Below, piece after piece: positions 26,340-39,872 of a stretch of DNA of 64,000 nt (the stretch's first letter is position 1; every line of letters begins with the position of its first letter). The position numbers and the translations under genes were made by a program. The DNA comes from Antedon mediterranea. Taxonomy: Eukaryota; Animalia; Echinodermata. The DNA is taken from the NCBI RefSeq assembly GCF_964355755.1, contig NC_092670.1, forward strand, positions 25,964,795 through 26,028,794. Reading direction: 5' to 3'. The notes below the pieces were generated by a model. The model searched no databases. It had not been told where the DNA came from and saw only the letters and a program-made list of their open reading frames with translations.

Positions 26340-27610
26340 ATACTCAAGATGAGGAGCCATACGTGATTTGTATTGTTTGCATTGAATTTCTTTTGGCTCT
26401 GCAAAGCCTTAGATTTTACATTATCGATTTTTGAGCACCAAGAAAGATTATTATCTAATATCACACCAAGGTGTTTACATTTATTTACACGAGAGATTGG
26501 TTCTCCATCTATGTTAATGTTGAATTGTAAGTCAGTATAGCTTACTTAACCTCTGTTCCAATTAACATACTGTATATTCAGTTTTTTTAACATTTAGGCT
26601 AAGTGTGTTGCATATGAGCCATCTTTTAGACACAATAAATAAAAAAATTATTGGAAGTGTAGTATATAGCAGTGTCACCAGCATACATAGAAACAGAGCA
26701 TTTATTTACAGCATTGGGCAAGTTATTAACTTAAGGAGAAACATTAATGGTCCTAGGATAGACCCCTGAGGGATTCCACATATACTGTGACTTTCATCAG
26801 AAAAATCACCATTTACATTGGTTATATGTACACGATTATGCAGGTAGTTTTCAAACCACTTAATAACACTTGAATGAAAATTAAAAGATCTTAGTTTATT
26901 GATAAGAATACAGTGATTTACTGTATCGAAAGCCTTTTTCAAGTCCATCATAATAAAGCCAGGTCTCTGTGATATTAAGCAATGTAGTCGTAGTTGAGTA
27001 GCCTGGTCTAAACCCAGACTGAAAGAACTTTTGATAATATTGGGAGAATTGAAAAATTGGCCTATAGTTATTACATTCATATTTATTTCCACCTTTATGA
27101 ACAGGACAGACCTTTTCCATTGTTTTGGAAAAGTTACATTTTTTAAAGATAAATTAATTATATATGTTATTGGGTAAACAATTTCATCAATAGCAATTTT
27201 TAGAAGATTAGCTGGTATTTCATCAGTTCCAGTTGCTTTTTTTATGAAAGTGAGTTAAGAAGTTCATGTATGTCTTGTTTATTAACATATTCAAAAGTTA
27301 ATTTGTTGGAACCACATTGGCAAAATACTTATTTAATACATTTGCAATATCTTTAGAATTAGTTACAATCATTTGCTTCATCATTTGTAGTTTTAATACT
27401 TGTTATATTCATGCTTTTATAGTTTTACCAGGAATAATTAATTTAATATTTTCCCATATCTTTTTCTAATCTTTAGTATTGAGTTGTTCTGAAAAATAGT
27501 TTTTTTTTAAAGTTCATAATTAACTTGATTTCTTAATTTTCTATATTCAGGCCAGAAATGAGGCCTATTTTTTTTTTAGGACAAATTTTATGTTCTTCTT
27601 TCCATTTGAA
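26340..27610 (-). mobile_element. CR1/L2-group LINE RT fragment, degenerate
   Basis: KVCPVHKGGNKYECNNYRPI, FQSGFRPGYST, DLKKAFDTVNH, GIPQGSILGPLMFL, VYAGD with frameshifts. Confidence 0.85.
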
Positions 27611-27715
27611 ATTAATTATTTAAGTGAAAGTAATCCAATGTAGGAATCTAGTTTGTTTTCTGTGATTCATTGCAAAGCAATAAATTAAAAAAAATGAAAT
27701 ATATTGGTTTCTTAC

Positions 27716-27917
27716 CTTCGCTATTATTAACATGGTATAGTGTATATGAATTGTTCCTTGGATCTGTGTCTCTTGAACTCCGTCGTGGGTGAGATACTTT
27801 GTCCTGTTGTGGGATCGAAGAAGGTTGAGGAAGTGGTCCATGGGAAATATCAGGCATAGACAATGGATACCAATGAGGCTCATTGTCAAAAATAGCATTA
27901 TGTAAATTAATCAAAAC
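27716..27917 (-). CDS. RIMS: RIM/UNC-10 exon: end of C2A domain plus linker
   Basis: ttttccttaatag|GTT TTG ATT...AGC GAA G|gtaaga; VLINLHNAIFDNEPHWYPLSMPDISHGPLPQPS matches RIM1/2 ILIELETALLDDEPHWYKL...PLPQPS. Confidence 0.92.
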
Positions 27918-28439
27918 CTATTAAGGAAAAAAGAACACAATTATCTAAATAAATACAATTTGCAAATTAAAATTTAATTCAATTCAATTCCACTCAAGCA
28001 GGCAATGATATTAGGTTTTTAATCAGTAATGTGTTGAATTTGAAAAAAAAAAATATTCTATATTGTTCCATCAAACTAAATTTACCGAAGTTTGGGGAGA
28101 ATCATTGAAAATTATTAAAATGGATGGTGTTATACCATTATATTAAACCTTGGTAGGTGCAGGATAACCATTGATAAGATTTCTTCGTTTTCTTAAAATA
28201 TGAGTGCACAGTATCTAATGTAGGAAAGCTTTCAACCAATTGAGGTCCAAACCTAAAATACACCAGATCACGTTCTGCTAATAGATTAATATACAGATCC
28301 AATCTAAAGATCATTTATAGAGTTTAGGAGTATAGTAGATTATAGGGAAGCCTAAATCTGACTCCCAACAATTTCTCAAATATAGTTTTTACTTTATGAT
28401 GTATTTTTGTTCAGTCAATTAAAACTTATTTTGTCTTAC

Positions 28440-28602
28440 CTGTCCAATTAATTCTTTTGCTGTCTGGTTTGAATCCCAAACTGTCAGTTCCAATGTTCGC
28501 ATCTTCATATCAGAGCGTCTTATTGGACTGTAAACAAATTGTTGGTTCCATTTAGGGTCACACATTTTATGAACAATTTGAGTTTTCCTTTTACTATTCT
28601 CT
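28440..28602 (-). CDS. RIMS: RIM/UNC-10 exon: middle of C2A domain
   Basis: tttttcag|A GAG AAT...GGA CAG|gtaaga; ENSKRKTQIVHKMCDPKWNQQFVYSPIRRSDMKMRTLELTVWDSNQTAKELIGQ matches RIM SKRRTKTVKK..EPKWNQTFVYS...RMLEITVWD. Confidence 0.95.
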
Positions 28603-31255
28603 CTGAAAAATAAATATTAAAATATTTATTGACAAAACCCACCTTTAGCATTAAAATGTTGGAGAAATGAAGAATTAAGATAGAAAATGAGCTGAGATGA
28701 GATTTGTTGTTTTTAGTTTCCAGAACAATATGGAGAAATTGCACATTTATAGTGAGATCACAAATAATTTGTTTAAAATGTGGTTCAACACTATTCAGGC
28801 TTTTGTCTTTATAGCATCCATTCATATGTTTTACAATCTTTCTGTTAATTATATTGTTATTATGGAGAACTGTAACCATTTGCTAACAAAGTGACATTAG
28901 TGCTTTGTACTAGTCAACATTTATGTGTAACAATTGTTTCACTGTCTGAACTGCTCATTTGACATCTCTACTCATTGGTCTTAGCCATAAGTCCATTGAT
29001 GATTCACTCGTATATGGTGGATCATTGTTCGAATTCTCAAGTTCTGGTATTACACGTCAACTGAATATTGACTTAAATATACAATTATGTCCTGTAACGT
29101 TTTGTTGACTATGAGTAAGTGAAAAAGGAACTTTGCGGTGAATTCATGGTAAAAAAAGCATTACTCTTCAAAAGAGATCAAAGGTTTTAAAACTTGATGA
29201 CCAATCACATAAAATAAATATACCTGCGTTCTTGTCGTTTGTAATAATTTACCGAAGGCGCCTTGTTCACCATGTACAAACATTAAATGTCATGTATGAT
29301 GACATAGTTTAAGGGATTGACATTTATCTGTGAAAATATGCTTTACAAACATAACAAGTTTGTATTATTATTATTATTATTATTACGGTATTATTTATTG
29401 CCAAAAACCAGTTACAAACATACAAAAACACAGAAACTAAGGGAGTATAGGCAGGAACCTAAAAGTAAACCTAATCAATATAACAAGGTTCCATACTCCC
29501 AAAGTAACAACAATGATATATAATAAACTATATTATACAAATTAATAAAAATAAATAAAGGATTCAAGAAAAAATACAAATAGACGAATTAACAGTGTCA
29601 ATATAAAACAAAAGGATAAAATACTTCTAGTGGATTCAACAAAGTCAATATAATACATGTGATTTAAGTGAATTTAAAAATGTTGGAAAACTGTCTAAAA
29701 TTAAAGAAATTTTAATCATTTCCGGTAACTCTTCCCATAGGGAATATGTTAATAGCGGAATGATGAAGACAATTGGTTCGAGCATAGTAATGAATGAACT
29801 TGAGTGTATCAAGGTGACGGCCATTAATAACTACAGATTGACGAACACTACTACAATCAACCGTTCCAATAAGTGATTTACAAACAAAGGATAACAGAAG
29901 ATAATTTCTTCGATTAGATAGTGTAGGCCAATTTAGCTTAGTGAGACGTTCCTCGTATTCCATTTCACCTCTTCTTTGTTTAAGGACAAGCCTAGTAGCC
30001 CTTCGCTGGACTGCCTCGATACGTTCCGTAAGTTTTTTGGTTCGAGGCAACCACGCAGAGACACTATATTCAAGGATGGGGACAATGAGAGCTTTATAGA
30101 GCAAGAAAATTGCTGCAAGACTAGTAATAAAACCCAACATTTGATTTGAACGAGAAATAATTAAGTTTACATGGTCATCCCAAGTAAGATCACTATTAAT
30201 CATGACCCCCAGATGACAATGACTAGATACAGATTTAATAGGTAAATCATTTATACGATAAACAGGTCTAATACTCTTTCCTTGATCTTGTAATGTGGAG
30301 AACCTTGGTTTTATTTAAGTTAAGCTTCATTTCATTTAGATCACACCAAGAGGAAAGCCTGATCAGATCGCACTGAAGAACAACTTCATCGTCTACTGCA
30401 AATATATTTCTATAAATTATCGTGTCATCGGCAAACAATGCACATGGGGAGATAATAGATGAGGGAAGGTCATTTATAAACAAGTTAAAAATAAGGGGTC
30501 CAAGTACGCTGCCCTGTGGTATGCCAGAGGTAACTGGGGATGATGGGCTAATGGATCCTTGATACAAGACTCTTTGGGAACGTCCCAATAGAAATGACTT
30601 GATCCATTTCCAGACATTGCCTCTGATATTGAAGTGACTAGCCAGCTTCTTTAAAATAATATGGTGAGGAAGTTTATCAAACGCTTTGGCGTAGTCGAGA
30701 AAGATAACATCAATTCTGGGGACTTTAGTTTTATCTAGCGAAGATGCCCAGGAATGAGTTAGGTTGGTAAGTTGGGTAACACAGGAACGGGAGGGAAAAA
30801 AACCGTGCTGGGCTTCTGTAATTGGACAATTATAAGCAACGTGATCAGATATACTTGAAAACAGTATTTTTTCAAGCAGTTTCGAACATATAGGGGTAAG
30901 GGATATAGGTCTGTAATTACAAATTGCATTTTTATAAATGTTATTTATTATTATTATTATTATTTATCACCAGATTTAAATATAGGAGTGATTTGGGACA
31001 TTTTCCACTTAGCAGGGATTTCCCCCATACGCAGGGACAAGTTAAACAAATTAAATAATGGTGAGCAATAAATTCGGAAGCAGATTTCAAAATGTATGGA
31101 TGCACGGAATCAGGACCTGGAGATTTATTAGACGAAAGTCCATTAATCACCTTCTCAACATTATAGACGTTAAAGTTAAGTTGAGAAAGTTCAGGGATTG
31201 GGACATTACAAACCGGAAGTTCACAGCTGGGAATTATGGGTGGGTTAAAAACAGA

Positions 31256-33424
31256 TATTGCAAGTGTAGATATTGCAAGTGACCATAGAATGGTCAGGGC
31301 AACTCTCAAAATCAACAAAAGACTAGCCAGGCTGAAGTTTATCCAAAACAAAAAGAAGAGAATAATTAACATCATGAAGTTGAAAGAGAATAGAGAGGAA
31401 TTTCAACTAAAAATAAAAAACCGCTTCGCAGGGTTGGAGTTGGAAGAGTCGGATATTGATGAGCAATGTAATATGGTGACAACCATTATGTTAGAAGAAG
31501 CCAGAGCTGTAGCTCCAGCAGAAAAAATAAAGGTCCAAAGATCGGAGGAGGATAAAGAAATAGAGGAGTTAGATCAAAGAAGGAAAGAACTTAGATTAAA
31601 AGAAACAATGTCTGTTCATGAAAAGGTAGTGAAGTAGTGAAAACAGTGAAGAAGAAGCGCAGACAAAGAAAGAGGCGGAGAACTGCTAAATTCATCTTAG
31701 AATCACTGGAAAGAGGAAGGGGGCCAAAGACAATACAAAAAAAGCAATGCAAAAAAAAAAATCTAGAATGAGTAAACTAAAGAAAAAAGATGGAACTGAA
31801 ACTTCAAAGAGATCTGAACTGCTAGATATTTGTGCAGATTTCTACCAAGATCTCTACAAATCATCAACCCAACAGTCTGAACATATAAACATTTCATCAA
31901 GAAATACAGATATACCACCGATACTGGAAAAAGAAGTGGAGGAAGCATTAAAGAGCATGAAGGATGATAAAGCACCAGGAAACGATGAACTTACAAGCGA
32001 CATCATTAAGCAAGGAGGGGAGGAGATAATCCAACAGCTAATAAAACTTTTCAACCAAATCTTGGTGATACAGAAGATACCAAGAGCATGGAAAGAAGCC
32101 AAGATCATTCTTTTGTTCAAGAAAGGGGACAAAGCAGATGTTAAAAACTACCGTCCCATTAGCCTCTTGTCTCATCTGTACAAAATCTTCACTAAAATAA
32201 TCCATAACAGAATAAGAGATGTTTTAGACAACCACCAACCTAGAGAACAAGCAGGTTTCAGAGCAGGGTACTCGACAATAGATCATCTACAAGCAATAAA
32301 CCAGCTAATTGAAAAGGCAAGTGAATACCAACTCAAACTCTGTCTTGGCTTTGTGGATTACCAAAAGGCATTCGATTCTATTGATCATTTGGATATGTTT
32401 GAGGCGCTCCGAAAAATAAATGTTGATGAAGGTTACGTCAGAATCATAGAAGATATCTACACTGATGCAATAGCCAGAATCCATATTGATAATGATATAT
32501 CAAGAGAGGTTCATATACAGAGGGGGGTACGACAAGGTGATACTCTGTCCCCAAAGATATTCACAGCAACCATCGAAGAAGTATTCAAAAAGGCTAAGCT
32601 TAATGGAGGTATAACTATTGATGGAGAAATGCTTACAGACCTCCGTTTTGCGGATGACGTGGCATTGATTTCAACATCAGTTGCAGATATGAAAAACCAA
32701 CTCTCAAGTCTGAATAAGGAGAGTAAATCAATCGGACTAACTATGCACAAAGACAAAACAAAATACATGACTAACTTTGACACACAGGAAGACATTGAAA
32801 TAGAGGGCCGGAAACTAGAAAAAGTGGAAGAATATAAATATCTAGGACAAACACTGAAAATGGAAGACACCACGAAGGAAGAAGTTCTGTTAAGAATAAA
32901 AGCAGGATGGATGAATTTTGGCAGACACAAACACATGTTGACTGACAAGAGTATACCAATGTCACTGAGAAAGAAATTATTTAACCAATGTGTGCTATCA
33001 AGTATGACATATGGTTCAGAGACATGGGCAATAACAAAGGAACTTGAACAGAAACTTACAACTACTCAAAGAGCAATGGAAAGGAAGATGATGAACTTAT
33101 CGCTTCGAGACAGGGTAAATCATACAATCATAAGAAAAACGACAGGTGTTACAGATATAATGGAGAAAGTAAGACAATCAAAATGGAGATGGGCTGGGCA
33201 TGTGGCGAGATTTCAAGATAATAGATGGACATACAGATTAACAGAATGGCAACCAAGGTTAGGAAAGAGGAAAAGAGGAAGACAAAAAAGAAGGTGGAGA
33301 GATGATCTAACAACATACATTGGAACGGCTGCATGGACTAGGACAGCAAGAATTAGACAGAAATGGAAATGTTATGAGGAGGGCTTCATTCAACAATGGA
33401 TGAACTAATGCCTAGATAGATAGA
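31256..33424 (+). mobile_element. Young 5'-truncated RTE-clade LINE with 10-bp TSD and (TAGA)n tail
   Basis: TSD taaaaacaga at 31246-31255 and 33425-33434; begins at the APE end motif SDHRMV; tail tagatagataga. Confidence 0.92.
31747..33408 (+). CDS. RTE-clade reverse transcriptase ORF, 553 aa, uninterrupted (element is 5'-truncated)
   Basis: KAPGND, NYRPISLLS, QAGFR, FVDYQKAFDS, GVRQGDTLSP, LRFADD, YKYLG, WAGHVAR, RKRGRQKRRW. Confidence 0.9.
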   Translation: MQKKKSRMSKLKKKDGTETSKRSELLDICADFYQDLYKSSTQQSEHINISSRNTDIPPILEKEVEEALKSMKDDKAPGNDELTSDIIKQGGEEIIQQLIKLFNQILVIQKIPRAWKEAKIILLFKKGDKADVKNYRPISLLSHLYKIFTKIIHNRIRDVLDNHQPREQAGFRAGYSTIDHLQAINQLIEKASEYQLKLCLGFVDYQKAFDSIDHLDMFEALRKINVDEGYVRIIEDIYTDAIARIHIDNDISREVHIQRGVRQGDTLSPKIFTATIEEVFKKAKLNGGITIDGEMLTDLRFADDVALISTSVADMKNQLSSLNKESKSIGLTMHKDKTKYMTNFDTQEDIEIEGRKLEKVEEYKYLGQTLKMEDTTKEEVLLRIKAGWMNFGRHKHMLTDKSIPMSLRKKLFNQCVLSSMTYGSETWAITKELEQKLTTTQRAMERKMMNLSLRDRVNHTIIRKTTGVTDIMEKVRQSKWRWAGHVARFQDNRWTYRLTEWQPRLGKRKRGRQKRRWRDDLTTYIGTAAWTRTARIRQKWKCYEEGFIQQWMN

Positions 33425-34882
33425 TAAAAACAGAAACAAAAAAATCATTAAATGAGCTAGCAATTACAGGGTGTGACGAAACATTCACACCGTTAATATT
33501 AAAAGATAACGGTCTCTAACAAAACGCCAGAAAGCTTTACGAGTAAAATCACTTGTAAATAATTTGTTGACATATGAATAATACGACTTATTGCATAGAC
33601 GCTTAACCTTATTTCGAATAGACTTATAGTCATCCCATGCAGATATAGAACCAATACGTTTGGTTTTTCTGTACAGTCTATGCTTTGTATTGATAAATTG
33701 CTTTATGTCATTGGTAACCCATGGGGAATGTTTCCACTGCTTGCAGGATTTCAACGGAACTACGTCACGGACAATAGCTGTAAAAATATCAAGGAATCCA
33801 TCCCATGAGTTGTCAACTGAGTTTTCATCCATGAAGACATTCCATAGGGCAAGGTGGACAAGTTTTTTTAGATGGTCAATATCAGTTTTGTGGTAAGCAA
33901 GAAAATTACGTACCAACAATTTAGACTACGGTTTGGTAAGTAATACGTTAAAGGAAACTGCATGGTGATCACTGATCACTGGGTTATCAATGACATCAAG
34001 TGAAATTAAACGGTCTGGCCTATTTGAAAAAACAAGATCAATTATTGTAACAGATGATGGGACCAATGATTAGACCTAGTGATTTCCTCAACAAGCTGAG
34101 TACAATTTAAAGCATTCATAGTGTCAAGAAAAATGGTGGGTATCGTATGTTTAAGATTCCAATTTAAATTAAAATCCCCAACAATATAAATATCATCATA
34201 CTTTGGTAAGTTAGGTAATAAAGGCAAAAGAAAATTGTTACTAAAGTCATTCCAGAAGGAGACTGGAGAGTTCGGTGGGCAGTAACAAACAGCGAAAAGC
34301 ATCTTATAATTGTCAATTGAAATAGAAAAACATATAACTTCATGAGGAACAGAGTCCAGCAAATGTGTATTGAAAAATGTGTGTAGAAATGTGCATAATT
34401 TAATGATTAATTAAGTGATTTGGCCAGAACAATTATTTATAAAAACAATTTGAAACCTTCTCATTTGTTATTGAAAGATTTCGGAAATAGACGTTTACAG
34501 TTTATGAGGATAGTAACTGATAGAAGGTACTTTTTCCCTCATAAAACTGATGTAATGTGAATAAATCAGATTATGTAATTGCTTGTGAGGTAAAACAATA
34601 CTTCTGCTGAATAGTGGTGTATATATTGTATTTGCCAGTTGTATCTACAGCAACAAGTGGTTTGCACTACATTGACAATATTGACTGATAGAGGTGTACT
34701 CTAAAGCAGAAAAGAAGAGATGAGGTAAGGGACCTAGGTAAGATCTGACAAGGAGTTTTGGGCCTGGGGTTTGCTTAATTTAGGTCCAGATCAAAGCTCA
34801 CGGAACCTGCGCACTATTTTAGTATAGTCCCACCTCGACTTGTGGGTGTGATCACATTCACACAAGCATTTCTCTGTCCCAT

Positions 34883-34930
34883 ACCGTATTTATTCGAATA
34901 AACGCCCCTTCAAATAACCGTCCCACCACA
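34883..34930 (+). mobile_element. Tc1/mariner-pogo-type TIR remnant
   Basis: TA|ccgtatttattcgaataaacgcccc; partner end not identified. Confidence 0.4.
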
Positions 34931-35052
34931 CATTCACATTTGTAGAAGAATTTATTGATTGACATATCTACCAAGCATTCTGTTGTATAACTGGTATTTT
35001 TAAGGAAAACCGTTTCATATAAATTTATTCTATTATCTCCACCTAGGAAGTA

Positions 35053-38000
35053 AATTCAATTCAATTCAATTCAATTCAAATAAGCATTTATTTCTTTCAT
35101 ATTAATATTTAAGTTAAACATTATAATTTCTGATATTTTTTTTTTTTTTTTTTTTAGAGTTATAATAAAGTAAATCATAATGAAATGAAAAAGGTGATTC
35201 AGTTGAAAATGAAAGAGGCAAAAAACCCAAGAAAGTTATCTATCAATTGAAAAAAAAAAATCCAACAGAAAACTTGTATATTGGGAAGCCATGTAAGATT
35301 ATATACTTATATATAAATGTAAACATACCTGCACACACACACACACATCAACAGAAAAAGAAGCAATTTGGAAAAGTTTCAAAAATTAAACAATATTACA
35401 AAATAGAGAAAACAATTAGTTATAATTTGAAATAAGATAATCTTTAAGTTTAAAAGAGGACATTTTGCTAGAGGACGATGATGAAATTTCGGGAGGTAGA
35501 TTATTGAATAGTTCAGAACCACTATAGCGAATGTTATGTTTCATTTTAGTTAGTTTAGGTTGAGGAAGATGAAGATCCCGTGATGCTCTTGTGTTATACG
35601 AATGGATTTCAGAGTTAGTTAAAAAATTACAGGAACAATTTGAAGGCAGTTTGGAATTAATATGTTCATAGACGAAAACGCATTGTTGTAGTTTATTGAT
35701 ATCGTGCACAGTTAAGAGTTTACGGTTATAAAAAAGGATATTAGAATGGGCAAGACGTGAGTTACCTGAGATAAGACGAACAGCTTTCTTCTGAAGGACG
35801 TGTATTTGAGGGGTAATTATTGGCCCATACAATGTTACAGTAACTAATAAAAGGCAGAATAAAGGAACAGTAAATATTGCGTAAAATTTGAGACGGTAAA
35901 AAGGAAGAAAGACGATAAAGTATGCCAATGTTTTTAGAAATTTTTAATTCAATTTCTTTTATATGATTTTTAAAATTTAGCTCTTGGTCAATTAAAACAC
36001 CTAAAAAATTGGTTTGCTTAACATGGGGAATTACTTGATCACCAATCAGAATTTTATGAGACTCGCTAGTCAGTTTTTGGTGACGTATTCCAAACAACAT
36101 AAAGTTGCCTTTATTTAGGTTTATTGAAAGTTTTTTCACATTAAAGTAATCATTGATATTATTAATTAATTCTTGGTTAAAAGTATGAAAAATTGATTCA
36201 AAGTTAACACTTTTATAGAATAAAGTTGTGTCATCTGCATAAAGATAAAAAGTAAGGATATCTGAGGCGTTTGGTAAATCATTGATGTAAATTAGAAATA
36301 AAAGAGGGCCAAGCAAGGATCCTTGGGGAACACCACAGGTAATGGGCTTAAGATCAGAGGTATGATTGTTAACAGAAGTACATTGAAATCTATTTGATTG
36401 AAATCTAGTTTAAGAGCAACACCACGGATACCATAATTTGAAAGTTTTGAAATTAAAATGTGATGGTCAATAGTATCAAACGCTTTCGAAAGGTCAATAA
36501 ACAAGCCAGAGGGAAAAGAATTGTTTTGAATTGCATCAATAATGTTGTTGGTTAAATCAATTAACGCAAAAGACGTGGAATAGTTTTTCCTAAATCCGAA
36601 ATGTTTATTATAAAGAATGTTGTGCTTGCTTATAAAATCATAAACGCGGTTATAAATAATCTTTTCAAGAATCTTTGAAAAAAGGGGAAGGATGGAGATT
36701 GGACGATAGTTATTTGGATCGGACTTGCTTCCTTTCTTGAAAATTGGAATAACTTTACCAATTTTAAGGGAGTTGGGAAAAACACCAGATGTAAGAGATA
36801 AATTAAAAATGTAAGTGAGAGGGGAGAGAATAGTATCAATGGATTTTTTGATAACTTTAGCACAAATGTCATCAATGCCAGAAGCCTTGTTGCTTTTAAA
36901 TGAATTTGTGATTTTGTACACTTCTTGTTCGGTTACAGGTGAAAGAAAAATTGAGTTAGGAATAGGGGGATGTAAGAAGTGATGAAAAGTTTTATCAGAG
37001 TCATTGTTTATTTTTCCAGCAAGGTTGGGTCCAATATTTGTAAAGTGGTCATTGAATAGATTTGCTACTGTTAAAGGATCTTTTATTAATTTTCCATCAG
37101 CTAAAAGTTCGATATCGGCAGGTGCATTTTTATTTGACTTAAGAAGAGAATTGATGACACGCCAGGTGGCCTTGATATTGAACTTAAGCTTAGTAAAAGT
37201 TTCACAAAAGTAATCAAATTTAGCAGTTTTTAAAAGGTTGTTTAATTTATTTCGATAACGCTTATATTTGGATATATTAGAAATTGTTGGATGTTAGAGT
37301 AAAGTTTCTGTTTGTACAAAATCGAGGTCAAAAGTTCATCGGTCATCCATGGTTTAAGTTTAACTTTAGCTTTGGATGATTCAATTAAAGGAAAGTGTTT
37401 ATCATATAAGGTGGTAAAATTATTAATAAATGTGTCATATGCTAGATTTGTGTCTTGCGTACTCACGACATCATTCCATAGACAATTTGATAAATCATTA
37501 CGAAAATTAAGGATATTGTGTTCACTAGTATTTCTAAATTTAAGATTGGTATTGATAACTCGCTTACTCGGTTTATTTGAACTGATGTTAAAAACAGGAA
37601 GATGATCTGTAGCATCATTAATAATGATACCACTAACAGACAATTCAAGATCATTTGTGAAAATGTTGTCAATTAGGGTAGCGGAATTTTCGGTGATGCG
37701 TGTCGGTCTATGAATAAGCGAAATGAGAGAATTATTGAAAAGACAATGAACAAAATCATTAATATTGTTATCAGATTCAAATTTGAGTAAATCAATGTTA
37801 AAATCACCAAGGAGAAATATTTTTTTATTTTCTTTCGATATGTTTTTAATAAGGAGTTCAAAGTTCTGTGTAAAGAAAGGAATAGCATTATCATGAGTTC
37901 TATATATAGTTCCGATTATTATATCTTCTTTTCCGGTTTTAACTTCAATAAATTGAGATTCACAAAAATTAAGTCATCTCTAATTTTATAATGACACTTA

Positions 38001-38430
38001 TTATTAATAAAAATATTGATACCTCCGCATTTATATGAACGGGGTTTGAAAACTAGTGAATAAAATGGCAAATGAATAAGTGGACTAACACAGTCCATCC
38101 AAGTTTCTGTTACCGAAATTACATCAAAGTCAAAATTAAGAGATTGAATGCAACTTGAAATAGATTCAAAGTTTTTTTGTAAGCTTCTAGCATTAAAATG
38201 TATACAAGAAAAACGATTTTCAAATTTTTTGTTATTGAATTTCTTTGTGAATTCACTTGGTAAATAGTAATTAGAAATATTTTGATCTTTAAAAAAATTA
38301 TTGTCCGGGTCGATGTCGTCAAATTGACTAGCAGTTAATGAGGGTTTAAATAGATGGTTTGATAATCGATTTAAATTATCATTATTACTGAAAATTGGTG
38401 CTTCCATATAAGACAAAAACACAAAAAATC
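35053..38430 (-). mobile_element. L2/Crack-group LINE, near-complete ORF2 (APE plus RT) with frameshifts and (TTGAA)n tail
   Basis: HFNARSL, VTETW, LGDFN, TDHLPVF, NYRPISILP, FIDLSKAFDTIDH, YLYADD, FLGVLID; plus strand (aattc)n at 35053-35078. Confidence 0.92.
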
Positions 38431-39872
38431 AATGAATCAATTGATAACAGGCACAGCATTCTAAACTGCCCAGTGATGATGAAATTTAATTAAATGATTT
38501 AAATATATTTAATGCATTTAATGTATGGGGAATAAAATAATGATGAAGTAAAAATAATTGATATTAGATTTACCGTGAGCAAGCCAATATAGAGACACTA
38601 AATGTGATAAGTATGTGATGGAATAGCAAGATAATAACAATAGTAACTAATACCATAATGGTATAAATATACACGTGAAAATGGTTAAATCAGAAGTGTT
38701 AATTTGGAACTGATGCGCAAAAAAACAGCAGATTAAACGATTATAATAAAATATATCAATAACTATAGTAATAAGAATAATAATACAATATAATGCCAAT
38801 AAAGTTTAAAATTAGGATTTGTCAATGTCAGAAATAGAAAGTATGGGAGTTACAACTTCCCTGCCATTCTTCAAGATGGTTGCAAAAATACGTCCATCAA
38901 TCGACCAAACACTGTTTGTATTCTGATGTTGCTTCGATTGAGCTAGACTTGCCCCAAGTCTGTATTATGTATTTCTTTTTATTTATTTGTTTTTATTTCG
39001 ACCGCGATTTTTGTCTGAAAATACAGACTTGTGAAACACGTATAGAAATCGATTTGCAGACCGCAAACATCCAATATGAATGACGTAGGTTATCATACCG
39101 TATTTGGCTATATGGGGCGGGCGGTATGTAAATATGGATTTCGAATCAACCAATGATCATTTTGTTTCAAATTGAAAAAGATAGAGTACATACAGTGCTG
39201 AATGTACGATCGAGACTGTTGAAATATAAAATCGTAATGCCAAGTTGTTTTGTTTATTAATTGTTTAGTCCTTGGCCTCTTTCGTAGGTCCTACTCAACT
39301 CACACGTATGACCTGCCAAATAAAACGCCAATAAAGTAGGCCTACATACCACCGGCAGGGCTACACCACCACACAGGACAGGGTCTGGGTGGGAATTAAA
39401 TCAAAATTATCTCCGCGTAATAAATGATCCATTCAATGTTTGATTTGCGGAGAAGCTAGCCTATCAAATCAAGACAAGTTTTCATGTTCTTGGGAAAAAT
39501 CCCATCAAATGTTTACCAGACTACTAGGCATATAAAATATTTCTAGCCTTCAGAAACATTCATAAATGTACCCAAGTACACATTGTCTAAACGTAACATA
39601 GCGCATGCGCATCATCTTAGTTGTTGAGTCTTTGAAATTCTGAAATATGAATATTAAAACGGTGTACGAGTGAGTAGCCAATCGCATGCAGCTGAAACTA
39701 GTCAACCGGATAATCGTATGCACCAAGAATTCTTGGTGTCAAACCACGTGACTTGTGCGTGTTTCCCCAGACGGAGTATGCAAAATCAAGTAGTATACTT
39801 ATGAAACGTCATATGTGCCAAAATATTTATCTTTTTACTAATATTAAGACAAAACTCCGTCTGGAACCCAGA

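Larger units (their letters stand above)
29365..34370 (-). mobile_element. CR1-clade LINE ORF2 (APE end, RT, 3' UTR with (TAA)n tail), frameshifted, split by an RTE insertion
   Basis: YCPP...IVGDFN (34042 ORF), KSPGPDSVHP, FLDYAKAFDK, GIPQGSVLGPLIF, LFADD, RIEAVQRRATR; aataaa plus (taa)n at about 29365-29398. Confidence 0.9.

Noticed and set aside
28520-28879. 119-aa minus-strand ORF overlapping the C2A exon
   Set aside because: Wrong frame; the real exon reads ENSKRKT... from the acceptor at 28602.
29224-29273. ATG-initiated mini exon MVNKAPSVNYYKRQER(R) with CAG|GTATAT that would splice in frame to the 28602 acceptor
   Set aside because: It would start the protein in the middle of the C2A fold, the start context is weak and there is no other support; likely chance.
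32511-32948. Minus-strand ORFs within 31763-33334
   Set aside because: Antisense shadows of the RTE reverse transcriptase.
31747-33408. Bacterial retron, group II intron or DGR reverse transcriptase
   Set aside because: APE remnant, RTE C-terminal motifs, TSD and microsatellite tail identify a eukaryotic non-LTR retrotransposon.
34680-34730. Plus-strand donor-like gatgag|gtaagg
   Set aside because: No convincing acceptor, ORF or partner exons.
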